The notes: generated by a model from the letters alone, not told the origin. A DNA stretch of 64,000 bases from Flavobacteriales bacterium (GCA_040377305.1 JBEIPA010000013.1:64001-128000); one strand, 5' to 3'. Counted from the stretch's first letter, positions 27,863-38,430 are shown. Numbers and translations are program-made.

Positions 27863-30205
27863 ATGAAGTCAATATTGTACCTAACGGGCTTTCTTCTTGC
27901 AAATTTCCTCTTTCTTTCTGAGATAAGTGCGCAACAAACGTTTGTAAACGGCTCTGTGACCGATAGTGCCTCAGGAGAGGCTTTAATCGGCGTTATTGTG
28001 ACCACTTCTCAAGGCAAGGGCGGGGTTACGGACATTAATGGAAACTTTCACGTCGAAGCGACCTCCGGGGAAATTGAGTTCACATTAAACTACACGGGTT
28101 ACCGCACACTCATTCAATCGCGTAATGTTATTGTGGAACAGGACGTGATGCTGGAATTCAAAATGGTGCGCACGAGCAAGGAACTGAATGTGGTCGTGGT
28201 TTCGTCCGGGCGTTACGAACAGAAAATTGGTGAGGTGCCGATTTCAATGGAAGTCATAAAGCCCGCACTTATCCAGAACAAGAATACGACGAACATCAAC
28301 CAGGTAATTGATCAGACTCCGGGCGTGAATGTTACCGATGACCAGGCAAATATTCGCGGAGGAAGCGGATTCAGTTATGGAAGTGGTTCGCGTGTACTGC
28401 TTGTTGTTGATGACATGCCTATGCTTTCCGGTGATGCGCAGGATGTAAAATGGAATTATCTCCCGATTGAAAACGTTTCTCAGATTGAAGTAATGAAAGG
28501 AGCATCGTCTGCACTCTTCGGTTCATCTGCTTTGAATGGAGTAATTCATTTCCGTACTGCTTACCCAACGAGTAAACCGGCTACAAACATTACCATGTTC
28601 TCCGGTTTCTATGATGAGCCTCAGCGTGCGTCGTTGAAGTGGTGGCCGAACGCAAATCCAATGTTCAGCGGAATCAACTTCGGACATTCCCGTCAGGTGA
28701 AGCAATGGGATTTGGTTTTCGGTGGACACATTTTCAACGATGATGGTTACCGCTATCTCGAAACAGAACAGCGTATGCGATTCAATATCAATACGCGGTA
28801 TCGTTTCAAAAAAGTTGACGGACTCACAGCGGGCATCAACGCAAACCTGATGCGCACACAAGGCGGTCTATTCATACTCTGGGAAAACGATTCACTCGCG
28901 TACACACCACTCGATTCAGGAATTCAGAATTACAAGAACTTCCGTTATAACGTTGATCCGTTTATTATTTATCGCGGACCGAAAGGACATAATCACGCAT
29001 TACGCACCCGTTTGTTTGTGACCGATAACAACAACGATACGGAACAAGGCTCTCTCGCCCAATTCTATTACGGAGAGTACCAGTATCAGTTTCGCTTCAA
29101 AAATGAAGTGGCGTTCACTGCAGGACTTGTCGGTTCATACACGCACGTTGTGTCTGATTTGTACGACGATGCCGCAGACGGAGTAGGAATTGATTCAGCT
29201 GCGCCGCGCATTGGCAGAAACATGTCAGCGTATTTTCAGTTCGACAAAAAATTCTTCGACAAACTTTTTGTTACTGTGGGCGGTCGCTTCGAATATTATC
29301 GTCTCGATACTGCGGTTACGGAATATTCCATGGTGGTGAGGAATGATACGTTGCTTACAGTTCCTTTCCGTCCTGTTGTTCGAATTGGAGTGAACTATCA
29401 GATTGCAGAAGCGACATACATCCGCACTTCATACGGACAAGGTTATCGTTTCCCCTGCATTGCCGAGAAGTACGTGCGTACGAGTGCCGGTGGATTGGAA
29501 ATTTATCCGAATGAAAAACTTCAGCCGGAGTACGGTCATTCAGCTGAAATCGGAATCAAACAAGGAGTCGTAATAGGAAACTGGAAAGGTTATGCCGATG
29601 CTGCAATATTCTGGATGCAGTATTCGAACATGATGGAATTCAAATTCGGTGCGTACGGAAATCCGTTGACAGATCCGTTGTTCGGTTTCGGATTTCAAAG
29701 TGTAAACATTGGGCCAACGCGCGTGCGGGGAGTTGATTTCTCCATCATGGGCGAAGGAAAAATTGGCATGCTGGATGTTACCTTGCTTGCAGGATACACC
29801 TATATGGATCCGCGATCACTCGCTTACAACGCCGCAGTCGATACGCTAAGCTCTACAGCAAACTATAACGTACTGAAGTATCGCTACCGTCACCTCGCGA
29901 AGTTTGATTGCGAAGTGAGCTACAAGAAATTCTCTGTCGGATTAAGTGCGCGTTACAACAGCTACATGGAAGCTATCGACAAAATATTCGTGCAGGTAGA
30001 CAACATTATTCCGGGAATCAAAGACTATCGTGAGATTCACAACAAGGGCGATATTCAGTTTGACTCGCGTATGATGTATCGCATCAATGAAACATTGCGG
30101 GTGTCGCTAATTACAAACAACATCTTCAACCGCGAGTGTACATCACGTCCTTCGGATGTACTGGCGCCACGCAATTTTGCTTTCCAGGTGCAGCTGAAAT
30201 TCTAG
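27863..30205 (+). CDS. TonB-dependent receptor
   Basis: Carboxypeptidase-regulatory-like N-domain, plug (IRGG, IEVMKGASSALFGS.ALNGVI), C-terminal Phe. Start moved to MKSILY. Confidence 0.92.
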   Translation: MKSILYLTGFLLANFLFLSEISAQQTFVNGSVTDSASGEALIGVIVTTSQGKGGVTDINGNFHVEATSGEIEFTLNYTGYRTLIQSRNVIVEQDVMLEFKMVRTSKELNVVVVSSGRYEQKIGEVPISMEVIKPALIQNKNTTNINQVIDQTPGVNVTDDQANIRGGSGFSYGSGSRVLLVVDDMPMLSGDAQDVKWNYLPIENVSQIEVMKGASSALFGSSALNGVIHFRTAYPTSKPATNITMFSGFYDEPQRASLKWWPNANPMFSGINFGHSRQVKQWDLVFGGHIFNDDGYRYLETEQRMRFNINTRYRFKKVDGLTAGINANLMRTQGGLFILWENDSLAYTPLDSGIQNYKNFRYNVDPFIIYRGPKGHNHALRTRLFVTDNNNDTEQGSLAQFYYGEYQYQFRFKNEVAFTAGLVGSYTHVVSDLYDDAADGVGIDSAAPRIGRNMSAYFQFDKKFFDKLFVTVGGRFEYYRLDTAVTEYSMVVRNDTLLTVPFRPVVRIGVNYQIAEATYIRTSYGQGYRFPCIAEKYVRTSAGGLEIYPNEKLQPEYGHSAEIGIKQGVVIGNWKGYADAAIFWMQYSNMMEFKFGAYGNPLTDPLFGFGFQSVNIGPTRVRGVDFSIMGEGKIGMLDVTLLAGYTYMDPRSLAYNAAVDTLSSTANYNVLKYRYRHLAKFDCEVSYKKFSVGLSARYNSYMEAIDKIFVQVDNIIPGIKDYREIHNKGDIQFDSRMMYRINETLRVSLITNNIFNRECTSRPSDVLAPRNFAFQVQLKF

Positions 30206-30210
30206 GCTGT

Positions 30211-30361
30211 TTTACCTCATAGGATCATAGCCCTTTGTTTTCTTGTTGGGCGAAAGAACTACATAGTTCACAAGAGAATATCGCTGCGCGATATTTCTCG
30301 TGTGTTCTATGATCGCGTAGCGCCTTAGCACCTAACGAAAACTATGTTCCTATGTGGTAAA
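30211..30361. mobile_element. REPIN/MITE-like element
   Basis: 20-bp terminal IR (tttacctcataggatcatag / ctatgttcctatgtggtaaa, 2 mismatches) around an inner hairpin gagaatatcgc..gcgatatttctc. Confidence 0.55.
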
Positions 30362-30506
30362 TTTCACACCTCTTAACAGGCGGACCGAAAACACTTATCC
30401 GTCCAAACTGCTACACTGTTAATTCTATTGCTCCATTTGCGGATTTGGCCCGTAAGTCACATGTCATTTGGCGCAAATTGGTGTTATAATAGAAAGTAAC
30501 ACCAGC

Positions 30507-31181
30507 ATGAACGCCGTCCAAAGCCCGCTGAAATTAACATTGAGTACCACCCTGAAGATTATTTTCTGGGTGCCGACCATTTTCCTGAGTCTGCTGCTGG
30601 TGTGGAATACCATTCCGTATTTCACGTTCAACGAAAATCTTCCTTTTCTGAAAGAGCGGGCAGTGCTGCTTGAGAAATCAGTTTGGAAGATTTGTTTCTA
30701 CACGCACATTTCCGCAGGCGCGTTCTGCATCACAACAGCGCTTATTCAGTTTTCTTCTTTTATTCTGAAGAAGCGCAAGAAGATTCACATCATCTCCGGA
30801 AAAATATATGTGTTCGTGGTTTTGCTCATCGGGGCACCGAGCGGATTGTACATGACCTACTTTGCAAAAGGCGGATACGCAGAACGAGGAGCATTCCTGG
30901 CAATGGCCGTGTTCTGGTTCTTCACCACCTACAAAGGATTTGTAACAGCTGCACGCGATAGAAATTTCGTTGCACACAAACACTGGATGATCCGCTCGTA
31001 TGCAATGGCATTAACCGCAGTTACATTCCGCATTTATCACATTTTGTTCGCTGACTTAGGAATGAACTCTTTCAACAACTATTCTCTTTCACTTTGGATA
31101 AGCATCATCGGCAATTGGCTGGTGGCGGAATTCGTAATCTACTTACAGTCTAAAAACTATCTAAAAACTTATTTATCATGA
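30507..31181 (+). CDS. DUF2306-like membrane protein
   Basis: About 6 TM helices; HI..G, HIISGKIY, HKHWMIRSYA motifs. Confidence 0.85.
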   Translation: MNAVQSPLKLTLSTTLKIIFWVPTIFLSLLLVWNTIPYFTFNENLPFLKERAVLLEKSVWKICFYTHISAGAFCITTALIQFSSFILKKRKKIHIISGKIYVFVVLLIGAPSGLYMTYFAKGGYAERGAFLAMAVFWFFTTYKGFVTAARDRNFVAHKHWMIRSYAMALTAVTFRIYHILFADLGMNSFNNYSLSLWISIIGNWLVAEFVIYLQSKNYLKTYLS

Positions 31182-31486
31182 AGTACTTCCTCTCCACCTG
31201 CATTGCACTGATGTTTGTTGCTGGCATTTACGGCGCAACTGATATGACACGTGACATCAAAAACGACGAACTCATCGACTACGAACACGTGCGCGATCGT
31301 CACGCGAAGAATTTATTGTTCATCATCAAGACAACCGGACTCGGCACATACAAATTCCGTTCGTATGCGAAAGAGTCGAAGGAGAATGAAGTGAAAGAAA
31401 CAAAAGTAGAAGAACAGGTAGAAGGAAAAGAGAAATCTGCGATGGAGTATTTTGAAGAATTCAGCCGCGGATGTGAAGATTGTTAA
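31178..31486 (+). CDS. Small hypothetical exported/membrane-anchored protein
   Basis: ATGA-coupled to the upstream gene, hydrophobic N-terminus, ends FSRGCEDC. Confidence 0.65.
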   Translation: MKYFLSTCIALMFVAGIYGATDMTRDIKNDELIDYEHVRDRHAKNLLFIIKTTGLGTYKFRSYAKESKENEVKETKVEEQVEGKEKSAMEYFEEFSRGCEDC

Positions 31487-31600
31487 AAGTGTACCCGGCT
31501 TTGTAACTTTTCAAACATGCCACTGTTATACTATCGGCGACCACGGAACTGCTATCGGTCGCCGGTGGACCTGGCCTGGACCGCAGCCTTGCTCCACGAC

Positions 31601-31640
31601 AAAAAAACCTACCGGGATGTCCTCCTTGGTGGGTTTTTTT
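31601..31640 (+). terminator. Rho-independent terminator
   Basis: aaaaaaacctaccggga..tccttggtgggttttttt. Confidence 0.65.
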
Positions 31641-31659
31641 ATGTGGCGTCAGGTCCCGT

Positions 31660-31694
31660 TAAACCTTAAAGGTTTTTAAAACCTTTAAGGTTTA
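31660..31694. repeat. 35-bp compound palindrome, copy 1
   Basis: taaaccttaaaggtttt-t-aaaacctttaaggttta; a related copy lies at 46381-46413. Confidence 0.85.
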
Positions 31695-33197
31695 TACGAG
31701 TGCGGTTCCAGTCATTTCTTTGGGCGACCCGATCTCCATCAATTTCAACAACGTCGGTGCAACATCCGCCAAACGTCCGTTCTGAATATTCGTGTATCGG
31801 TCATCAAGGAGAATACACGGAACAGGATTCGTGGTATGTGCAGTGTTTGGTGTTCCGTCAGGATTCACCATGTAATCTGCGTTGCCGTGATCGGCGATGA
31901 TGATGAAAGAGTAGTTATGTTTCTTTCCCGCTTCAACTACTTGTTTGAGACAAGCATCAACGGTCTCGAGTGCTTTCACCACTGCAGAAAAAACGCCGGT
32001 GTGACCAACCATGTCGGGATTTGCGAAGTTGAGACAAACAAAATCCGGTTCTCCGCGTTCGAGTTCAGGAACGATCAGTGATGTCAGTTCATTCGCACTC
32101 ATCTCGGGCTGCATATCGTACGTCGCCACTTTCGGCGATGGAGCCATCAAACGTTTTTCACCGACAAATTCTTTTTCTCTTCCACCGGAAAAGAAAAAAG
32201 TAACGTGCGGATACTTTTCTGTTTCTGCAATGCGGATTTGTTTCTTGCCGGCAGCTTCAAGCACTTCACCAATCGTATTGCGAAGATCTTCTTTCGAATA
32301 CACCACATTCACATTTTTGTACGTGTGATCGTAAATGGTCATCGTGGTGTAGTGAAGCGGCATGGTTTTCAATCCATGCTCCTGCATATCTTTTTGTGTA
32401 AGCGCAATGGTAATTTCACGGCAACGATCTGTTCTGAAATTGAAACAGAAAACCGCATCGCCTTCTTTGATCAGTCCGTCTTTGTTCAGAATGACCGGAA
32501 GAATGAATTCATCGGTAACGTCTTTCGCGTATGAATCGCGAATTGCATCTTCAGCAGAGTTTGCAGAAACTCCGATTCCGTTCACCATTGCATCATAGGC
32601 AACCTTCACGCGTTCCCAGCGCTTATCGCGATCCATTGCGTAGTACCGACCGGTGATTGTTGCAATACTGCCCGTCGATTGTTGCAGATGCGCATCAAGC
32701 TGTGAAATATAGCCGAGTCCGCTTTTGGGATCTGTATCGCGACCATCTGTGAATGCGTGTACGAAAACATTTTTCAGTCCGTGCGATTTACAGATATCCA
32801 GAATGTGGTGAAGATGCTCCTGTGTTGAGTGTACACCACCATCGGAAACTAAACCAAGCAGGTGAAGCGACTTTCCTGTGCTCTTCACGTAATGCATCAT
32901 TGCAAGAATAGCTGGTTCATTGTCAATGGTCTTCTCGCGACAAGCAATATTGATTTTTGCTAAGTCCTGATACACCACGCGACCGGCACCAATGTTCAAA
33001 TGCCCAACTTCAGAATTTCCCATTTGACCATCGGGCAACCCAACATCTTCGCCGGAGGTTTTGAGGGTGCTCCACGGTTTAGTTGCAATCAGCTCATCGT
33101 AAAAAGGGGTATGCGCATGCTTGATCGCATCGGATTGTGAACCGTCGCCGATTCCCCATCCATCTAGAATGATCAATGCGGCTTTTCTATTGCTCAT
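31692..33197 (-). CDS. gpmI: 2,3-bisphosphoglycerate-independent phosphoglycerate mutase
   Basis: LIILDGWG, GQMGNSEVGH, AETEKYPHVTFFF, DMVGHTG, ADHGNAD. Start moved to MSNRK. Confidence 0.97.
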   Translation of the reverse strand: MSNRKAALIILDGWGIGDGSQSDAIKHAHTPFYDELIATKPWSTLKTSGEDVGLPDGQMGNSEVGHLNIGAGRVVYQDLAKINIACREKTIDNEPAILAMMHYVKSTGKSLHLLGLVSDGGVHSTQEHLHHILDICKSHGLKNVFVHAFTDGRDTDPKSGLGYISQLDAHLQQSTGSIATITGRYYAMDRDKRWERVKVAYDAMVNGIGVSANSAEDAIRDSYAKDVTDEFILPVILNKDGLIKEGDAVFCFNFRTDRCREITIALTQKDMQEHGLKTMPLHYTTMTIYDHTYKNVNVVYSKEDLRNTIGEVLEAAGKKQIRIAETEKYPHVTFFFSGGREKEFVGEKRLMAPSPKVATYDMQPEMSANELTSLIVPELERGEPDFVCLNFANPDMVGHTGVFSAVVKALETVDACLKQVVEAGKKHNYSFIIIADHGNADYMVNPDGTPNTAHTTNPVPCILLDDRYTNIQNGRLADVAPTLLKLMEIGSPKEMTGTALV

Positions 33198-34152
33198 TGG
33201 TGTACGGAATATCGATTGTAAAAATACTTCCTTGTGGTGTGTTGTCGGAAATTGTGATTTTCCAACCATGCATTTCTGCGAGGTAATTTGCGATGTACAA
33301 TCCCAATCCTGTTCCTTTTGTACTGCGGGTTTCTTCATTGCCGGTGCGATAGAAGCGCTCGAACACGGTTTGTTTGTAGTCATCTGCAATACCTTTTCCT
33401 TCGTCGGCAACAGTAAGAATAACACGGTTGTCTTTTCTCTCCAGTGCAACGGTAATTGTTGTCTCAGCTTTCGAGTATTTCGCGGCATTCTCAATGATGT
33501 TAGCGATTACAGAATGTGCTGCTACATCATCGAAGTCGAATTCAATCTTCTTGTCAATCTTCAAATTGAATTTATGGTTCTGGCCAACTCCGTGCGAGAT
33601 TTTGTCAGCGAGCTGTTCTACGAAGTGAGAGAAGTCGCGTTTGCTGGTTTGTAATGTGAATGCCGCAGTGTCAATTCTCGCTGCGAGCAGGATATTTCCG
33701 ATAAGTGCATTCAATCGCTCCGTGTCTTCCAGTACGTTCGAAAGAATTTGCGATTGTTTTTCTTTCGGAAGATCACGCTTCAATAGTGTTTCAGCCTGTA
33801 AACCTATTGACGCAAGCGGTGAACGTAATTCGTGTGTAACCGAGAGCAGGAAGTTCTTCTGACGCTCTGCAAGCAGTTCTTCGCGACGAAAAGCAACACG
33901 CGTACGTTGTATGGCCCAGGTGAGCAGTGCGAGAAATACGATTCCTTCTCCGATGATCATCCAACGGCGCTTTGCAAGATCACTATCCACTTTCTCGGGC
34001 TGATAGTAAGTAGTCACCGATTGTTTCTGAAGCTCCGCAACACTGTTGTTGGTTCGGATTAACAAATACGCCCACCACGAAAATTGGAGCAGTACATACA
34101 CCATGAGCACATAAAAAAGCAGAAGAGGCCGCGGTGTATTGGATTTGTTCAT
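33187..34152 (-). CDS. Orphan membrane sensor histidine kinase
   Basis: Two TM helices, THELRSPL H-box, ENAAKYS, DEGKGI, GTGLGL; no response regulator nearby. Confidence 0.92.
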   Translation of the reverse strand: MNKSNTPRPLLLFYVLMVYVLLQFSWWAYLLIRTNNSVAELQKQSVTTYYQPEKVDSDLAKRRWMIIGEGIVFLALLTWAIQRTRVAFRREELLAERQKNFLLSVTHELRSPLASIGLQAETLLKRDLPKEKQSQILSNVLEDTERLNALIGNILLAARIDTAAFTLQTSKRDFSHFVEQLADKISHGVGQNHKFNLKIDKKIEFDFDDVAAHSVIANIIENAAKYSKAETTITVALERKDNRVILTVADEGKGIADDYKQTVFERFYRTGNEETRSTKGTGLGLYIANYLAEMHGWKITISDNTPQGSIFTIDIPYTNEQ

Positions 34153-34173
34153 TACTTCAAAGGTATAGAAAGA

Positions 34174-34197
34174 AAAAGTCCGCCGAAGCGGACTTTT
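34174..34197 (-). terminator. Rho-independent terminator
   Basis: aaaagtccgccgaagcggactttt. Confidence 0.7.
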
Positions 34198-34253
34198 CAA
34201 AGGGGAATACTGTAGTGAACAAACCCATGAAAACTACACCCGTTCCCCAATTT

Positions 34254-34697
34254 CTATTTCGTGACTTTCGTATTTACTGTTTCTGCAACCCCATTGCGGA
34301 TAACTTCTCCGTCTTTCTGTAGCTGCGTCATATCCGTTTCAAGCTCTGTCAATTGCATTTCATTCCGCGTCTGGTTCGTAGTGTCTGCCTGAATCAGTTG
34401 CAAGCGATGACTCGCCAGTTTCGCATGATATGTTTCAAGAATCTCGTTCTGCTTGCTGATCGTTTCGAGACCGTGACTATTGCTGGTAACACCCATTTCC
34501 TGGCTGTATGCAGTAACATTTTCCTGCTGAATTTTATTCAACTCTTTCAGCATCATGTCGAATCGTACAATCTCCTCGCGGATCTGTGCAGCGCTTCCTG
34601 TTGCTTTTGTGTCAGCTTTACTTTCCTGGCACGCACTATAACTGATTCCAAAGAACGCCATCATTATTGCGGCAATCGGAAGAAGTATATTTTTCAT
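34254..34697 (-). CDS. Helical (coiled-coil) lipoprotein
   Basis: Signal peptide with YSAC lipobox. Confidence 0.7.
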   Translation of the reverse strand: MKNILLPIAAIMMAFFGISYSACQESKADTKATGSAAQIREEIVRFDMMLKELNKIQQENVTAYSQEMGVTSNSHGLETISKQNEILETYHAKLASHRLQLIQADTTNQTRNEMQLTELETDMTQLQKDGEVIRNGVAETVNTKVTK

Positions 34698-34857
34698 TTG
34701 CTCACTGTGAAATTGACGTTACAAATGTAAATACTGTTTCTACGATCGAACGAGATATTAGACGACACTCGAACACAAATGGACGGAAGGGTATTAGTGT
34801 GCGATGAGTGTTTTATTTACGCACTTCAGGGGTGCCGGACAAAAACCGGACAACAAA

Positions 34858-34889
34858 AAAGCCTGTCTGAGCAATGTCAGACAGGCTTT
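34858..34889 (-). terminator. Rho-independent terminator
   Basis: aaagcctgtctga-gcaatg-tcagacaggcttt with an A tract on the plus strand. Confidence 0.8.
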
Positions 34890-34906
34890 CAAATCGGTAT
34901 TACTTC

Positions 34907-37024
34907 TTACTGTTTAACGAATGTCAAAGTTGCTTTTACATCAGCACCTTCGAGTGATACAGAATAGTTACCTGCGCTGAGTCCAGCCACATCAACCATT
35001 GCTCTGTTGCCACCGTTCACGCTCTGTGTCATTACAACTTTACCAGTTACATCCATAACGCGGATTGTAGTAACAGTTGTGTTTACGTCCCAAGTGAGGT
35101 TGAGAACTTCAACCGCAGGGTTTGGTGCGATAACAATTGAGCTTGTGAAGATTTCGTTGATTCCAACACAAGCGTTTACAACGATCGTAGAAGAATCACT
35201 TCCTGAACAACCGCTGCTATCTGTGTAAGAATACACAATTGTGTGTGTGCCTGCACCAGCAGTTGTAGGATCAAGGCTAGCTCCTGAAACTCCAGGGCCA
35301 GAGTATGTACCACCTGCAGGGCTTCCTGAAGTCAATGCCACGTTTGCATCATCAACGCAAACTGCAGAGAATGTTCCAAGCGTAACAGTTGGATTTGTAT
35401 TAACCAGTGCAGTTGTAGAAGTAGAATCCATGCAACCATTAGCATCAGTTACCACGTAAGTGATTGTGTGGTTGCCCGCACCTGCAGTTGCAGGAGTGAA
35501 CATGCCACCAGATACACCAGGACCAGCATACACACCACCAGCAGGACTTCCGTTCAATGATACAGCTGCATCATTAAGACAAGACGAACCAACTGAAGCA
35601 AGTGTTGCAACCGGAGGCTGATTCACTACGATTTCAATAGTAGAACTGTTCCAGCAACCGTTAGCGTCCATTGCAACTACAGTATAAGTTGTAGTCGAAG
35701 TTGGAGTTACACTAACACTTGTTCCTGTTAATGCACCAGGATTCCAAGCGTACGTGTTGCTTGTATCCGCAGCCATCATCGTAGTTGATCCACCAAGACA
35801 GAATGTGTCTTGTGCAGCGCTCAACGTTACAGAAGGAACCGGGTTTACGGTTACAGTGATTGTGTCAGGTGCACCATTCAATGAGCAAGTTCCATTTACA
35901 GCCATTGCAACTACTGTGTAAGTGCCAGGAGCTGCAGTTCCCGAAGTGATCATGATCATGTTTGTGTTCTGACCGCTAAGGAAATTCAAAGCAGCATCAA
36001 CTGTCCAGGTATAGAACGTCGCTTCTGGATCAGAAGGCGTCATGAAAGAAAGTGTGTCTTGTGAAGAAGCGCACATCGACATTGCAGCACCAGTAATTAC
36101 TGCAGGTGAAGGCGTAGGATCTTCATAAGTAAAAGTCACCATTCCATCACCAATCCAGATTCCGTTGGTCATAGATGCGTTTGCTCCAGTACCAGTGAAA
36201 GATGAACCACCGGCACCACCGCCGCCAGCACCTTTGTCGTTACCAGAACAGCCTGTAGTTCCTGCAGAACCACCGCCGCCGCCGCCGCCGCCAGCGAATC
36301 CACCTCCGCCACCACCACCAGCAGGAATAGAACCAGCTGAGAAGCAACAGCATGACTGGCCAGCACCACCGGCACCACCAACTCCACCAACCGCAGAAGC
36401 CCCTGGCTGACCAAGGAAACCACCACAGCCGACACCAGCTGCACCAGCACCAGCACCTATACCACCAAATCCACCGCCAGCGTCACCGCCAGAAGTTGGA
36501 GAGTTCTCTCCGTTTTCTCCGTTACCGCCACCACCAAGACCACCATCGCCACCAGCACCCAATGAGCTTTCGCAACCACCGCGTCCGCCACCGCCACCGC
36601 CACCGGCAACGATAATACGATTCGCTTCAGCTGAACCGCCGAAACGTACGTCAGATGCTCCACCACCGCCACCAGCGTTCTGTGAACCACCGTTAGCACC
36701 ACCGTTGAATCCACCAGTTGGAGTTCCACCTTGTCCACCAACGTAAATCTCGAAAACATCTCCAGTGTTTACAGGAAATGTAGCTTGAGAATAACCACCC
36801 AAAGCACCAGCACCGCCGGTTTGAGTGAATGTTGAAATGCTTGCGCCATTAGCACCAGCACCCCCTTGTGCGCCCCAGCAGCTGATCGTAATCGAATCAA
36901 CGCCGCAAGGCACGGTAAATGTTTGCGTACCACCTGTAAAGTTGTACGTGGAGCTTACCGTTTGAGCCGATGCCGATAAGGCAGCGAATACGGTTACCGC
37001 TCCAATGAGGTAATTTTTTACCAT
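34907..37024 (-). CDS. T9SS type A cargo with glycine-rich domain and Ig/PKD-like repeats
   Basis: QTFTVP.GV..I....WGAQGG, GGGGGASDVR, IIVAGGGGG motifs; AGAG.HTI.Y repeats; APNPA CTD. Confidence 0.85.
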   Translation of the reverse strand: MVKNYLIGAVTVFAALSASAQTVSSTYNFTGGTQTFTVPCGVDSITISCWGAQGGAGANGASISTFTQTGGAGALGGYSQATFPVNTGDVFEIYVGGQGGTPTGGFNGGANGGSQNAGGGGGASDVRFGGSAEANRIIVAGGGGGGGRGGCESSLGAGGDGGLGGGGNGENGENSPTSGGDAGGGFGGIGAGAGAAGVGCGGFLGQPGASAVGGVGGAGGAGQSCCCFSAGSIPAGGGGGGGFAGGGGGGGGSAGTTGCSGNDKGAGGGGAGGSSFTGTGANASMTNGIWIGDGMVTFTYEDPTPSPAVITGAAMSMCASSQDTLSFMTPSDPEATFYTWTVDAALNFLSGQNTNMIMITSGTAAPGTYTVVAMAVNGTCSLNGAPDTITVTVNPVPSVTLSAAQDTFCLGGSTTMMAADTSNTYAWNPGALTGTSVSVTPTSTTTYTVVAMDANGCWNSSTIEIVVNQPPVATLASVGSSCLNDAAVSLNGSPAGGVYAGPGVSGGMFTPATAGAGNHTITYVVTDANGCMDSTSTTALVNTNPTVTLGTFSAVCVDDANVALTSGSPAGGTYSGPGVSGASLDPTTAGAGTHTIVYSYTDSSGCSGSDSSTIVVNACVGINEIFTSSIVIAPNPAVEVLNLTWDVNTTVTTIRVMDVTGKVVMTQSVNGGNRAMVDVAGLSAGNYSVSLEGADVKATLTFVKQ

Positions 37025-37092
37025 AAGATAGTTGTTTGTTAGGTTATGACTGCTCCTGTGAAATCACCACAGGAGCCGAGTATAAAGCGTCG

Positions 37093-37100
37093 CAAAGTTA
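37093..37100 (-). promoter_or_regulatory. -7 promoter box for the glycine-rich T9SS gene
   Basis: TAACTTTG on the minus strand; the leader contains an 8-bp hairpin ctcctgtg..cacaggag (37053-37075). Confidence 0.55.
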
Positions 37101-37374
37101 GAATCCTTTCGATGTAGAAATCAATATTTGTAGAACTATTTTCGCATGCAGATATGAACCAAAAGTGACTGAATAACTGCCTTTTTAGGTTATGCAGACA
37201 GTCAGTACTGGAATAGGGCGGCTTTTTTTGCGAAAACCACTAAAACTGGGTTGCTCACTTGCGATATTCGCTTGAAATGCACCAACCATCGGGTGTAATT
37301 TTAAATGCATCGTATTGTTGAAGAGGTCGGGGAAGATTCCGCGTAGAAACTGATAGCAATCCGATGTTACTGAA

Positions 37375-38040
37375 ATGAGATTTCTCTACCTGTTCATTCT
37401 CTCATGCACCCTCGTTGTTCCGCTCTTTGGGCAGGAACCGGGTTATTATTTTGGCCCGCGACTCGAACTTGGGCAAGCGCAGTTCACAGGACAAACGGGC
37501 TTCTACAACGGACTTGCATTGCAGATCGGACTTACTTCGAGCCGGCAGTTCACGGAGAGTTTTGCTGTGCAGTTTGTGCCCTTCATCGGAGTTTACAACG
37601 GTCAACGACAGAACGGAGAAGGAGATGGCAGCTATCCGAACGGCACACGAAAAGTGCTGACGTATCGCGACAAGTATAATATCTACAGCGTAGAATTTCC
37701 TTTGCTCGTAAAATTCAGCGGAGGTTTCAGGCGTGCCCACTTTTCCGTTTTTGGTGGGCCTTCACTGGGCTATATCATGGGCGGAACACGTTCGAAGCAA
37801 TACGATGATGCCAATCACAATGCAGAACATGGTTACAGCGGTCACGCAATGGAAGATCTCAAACGTGGCATGTATTCCGGAGAAATTGGCGTTGCTACAG
37901 AGCTGAAAAGCGCGAAAGGATTAGTCGTTATCGACTTTCGTATTCATCGCAACTTGTCTCCATTGGGGCGACTCGAAGGAAACTATTTCACCGCAAACAT
38001 GATGACAATTGGTCTCGCATGGACGTTTAATGCGCTTTAG
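37375..38040 (+). CDS. Small outer-membrane beta-barrel protein (PorT-like family)
   Basis: Signal peptide, VEFPLLVKF, GGPSLGY, terminal IGLAWTF strand. Confidence 0.7.
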   Translation: MRFLYLFILSCTLVVPLFGQEPGYYFGPRLELGQAQFTGQTGFYNGLALQIGLTSSRQFTESFAVQFVPFIGVYNGQRQNGEGDGSYPNGTRKVLTYRDKYNIYSVEFPLLVKFSGGFRRAHFSVFGGPSLGYIMGGTRSKQYDDANHNAEHGYSGHAMEDLKRGMYSGEIGVATELKSAKGLVVIDFRIHRNLSPLGRLEGNYFTANMMTIGLAWTFNAL

Positions 38041-38158
38041 ACAATGGTTGATCCCATGAATCACTGATCCCATGATGCAATCATCGCCGCAAATACCATT
38101 GGAAATCACCGTTTTCTGAGAATAAGACACCGAAAAACGAATAAAATCAATGTTTTTT

Positions 38159-38188
38159 TTTGAGATTTGATTGTACCCCTTATATTTG
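38159..38188 (+). promoter_or_regulatory. tRNA promoter
   Basis: TTTG-N18-TATATTTG. Confidence 0.65.
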
Positions 38189-38202
38189 CACCCCGTTTCA
38201 AA

Positions 38203-38277
38203 GGGAGCATAGCTCAGCTGGTTCAGAGCATCTGCCTTACAAGCAGAGGGTCACAGGTTCGAATCCTGTTGCTCCCA
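38203..38277 (+). tRNA. tRNA-Val (TAC)
   Basis: Acceptor gggagca/tgctccc, anticodon arm tctgc-cttacaa-gcaga, T loop GGTTCGAATCC; CCA not encoded. Confidence 0.97.
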
Positions 38278-38289
38278 CAGATAAAACGA

Positions 38290-38318
38290 AAAGCCGACCC
38301 CGAAGGGCCGGCTTTTTT
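38290..38318 (+). terminator. tRNA terminator
   Basis: aaagccgaccccgaagggccggctttttt. Confidence 0.7.
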
Positions 38319-38430
38319 ATTGGAATTAAAATCAAGCTCCGCTTGAATTTTAATAACGATAAATAAGACGGAAGCGCGATAGCGCGGTTGGTTTTTCGTT
38401 TTACTTCGGGACGCGAAGGTTCACGCAAGT

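Noticed and set aside
36165-36759. Poly-Pro / His-Arg-rich ORFs and ccgccg/ccacca tandem repeats
   Set aside because: They are by-products of Gly codons of the minus-strand glycine-rich gene.
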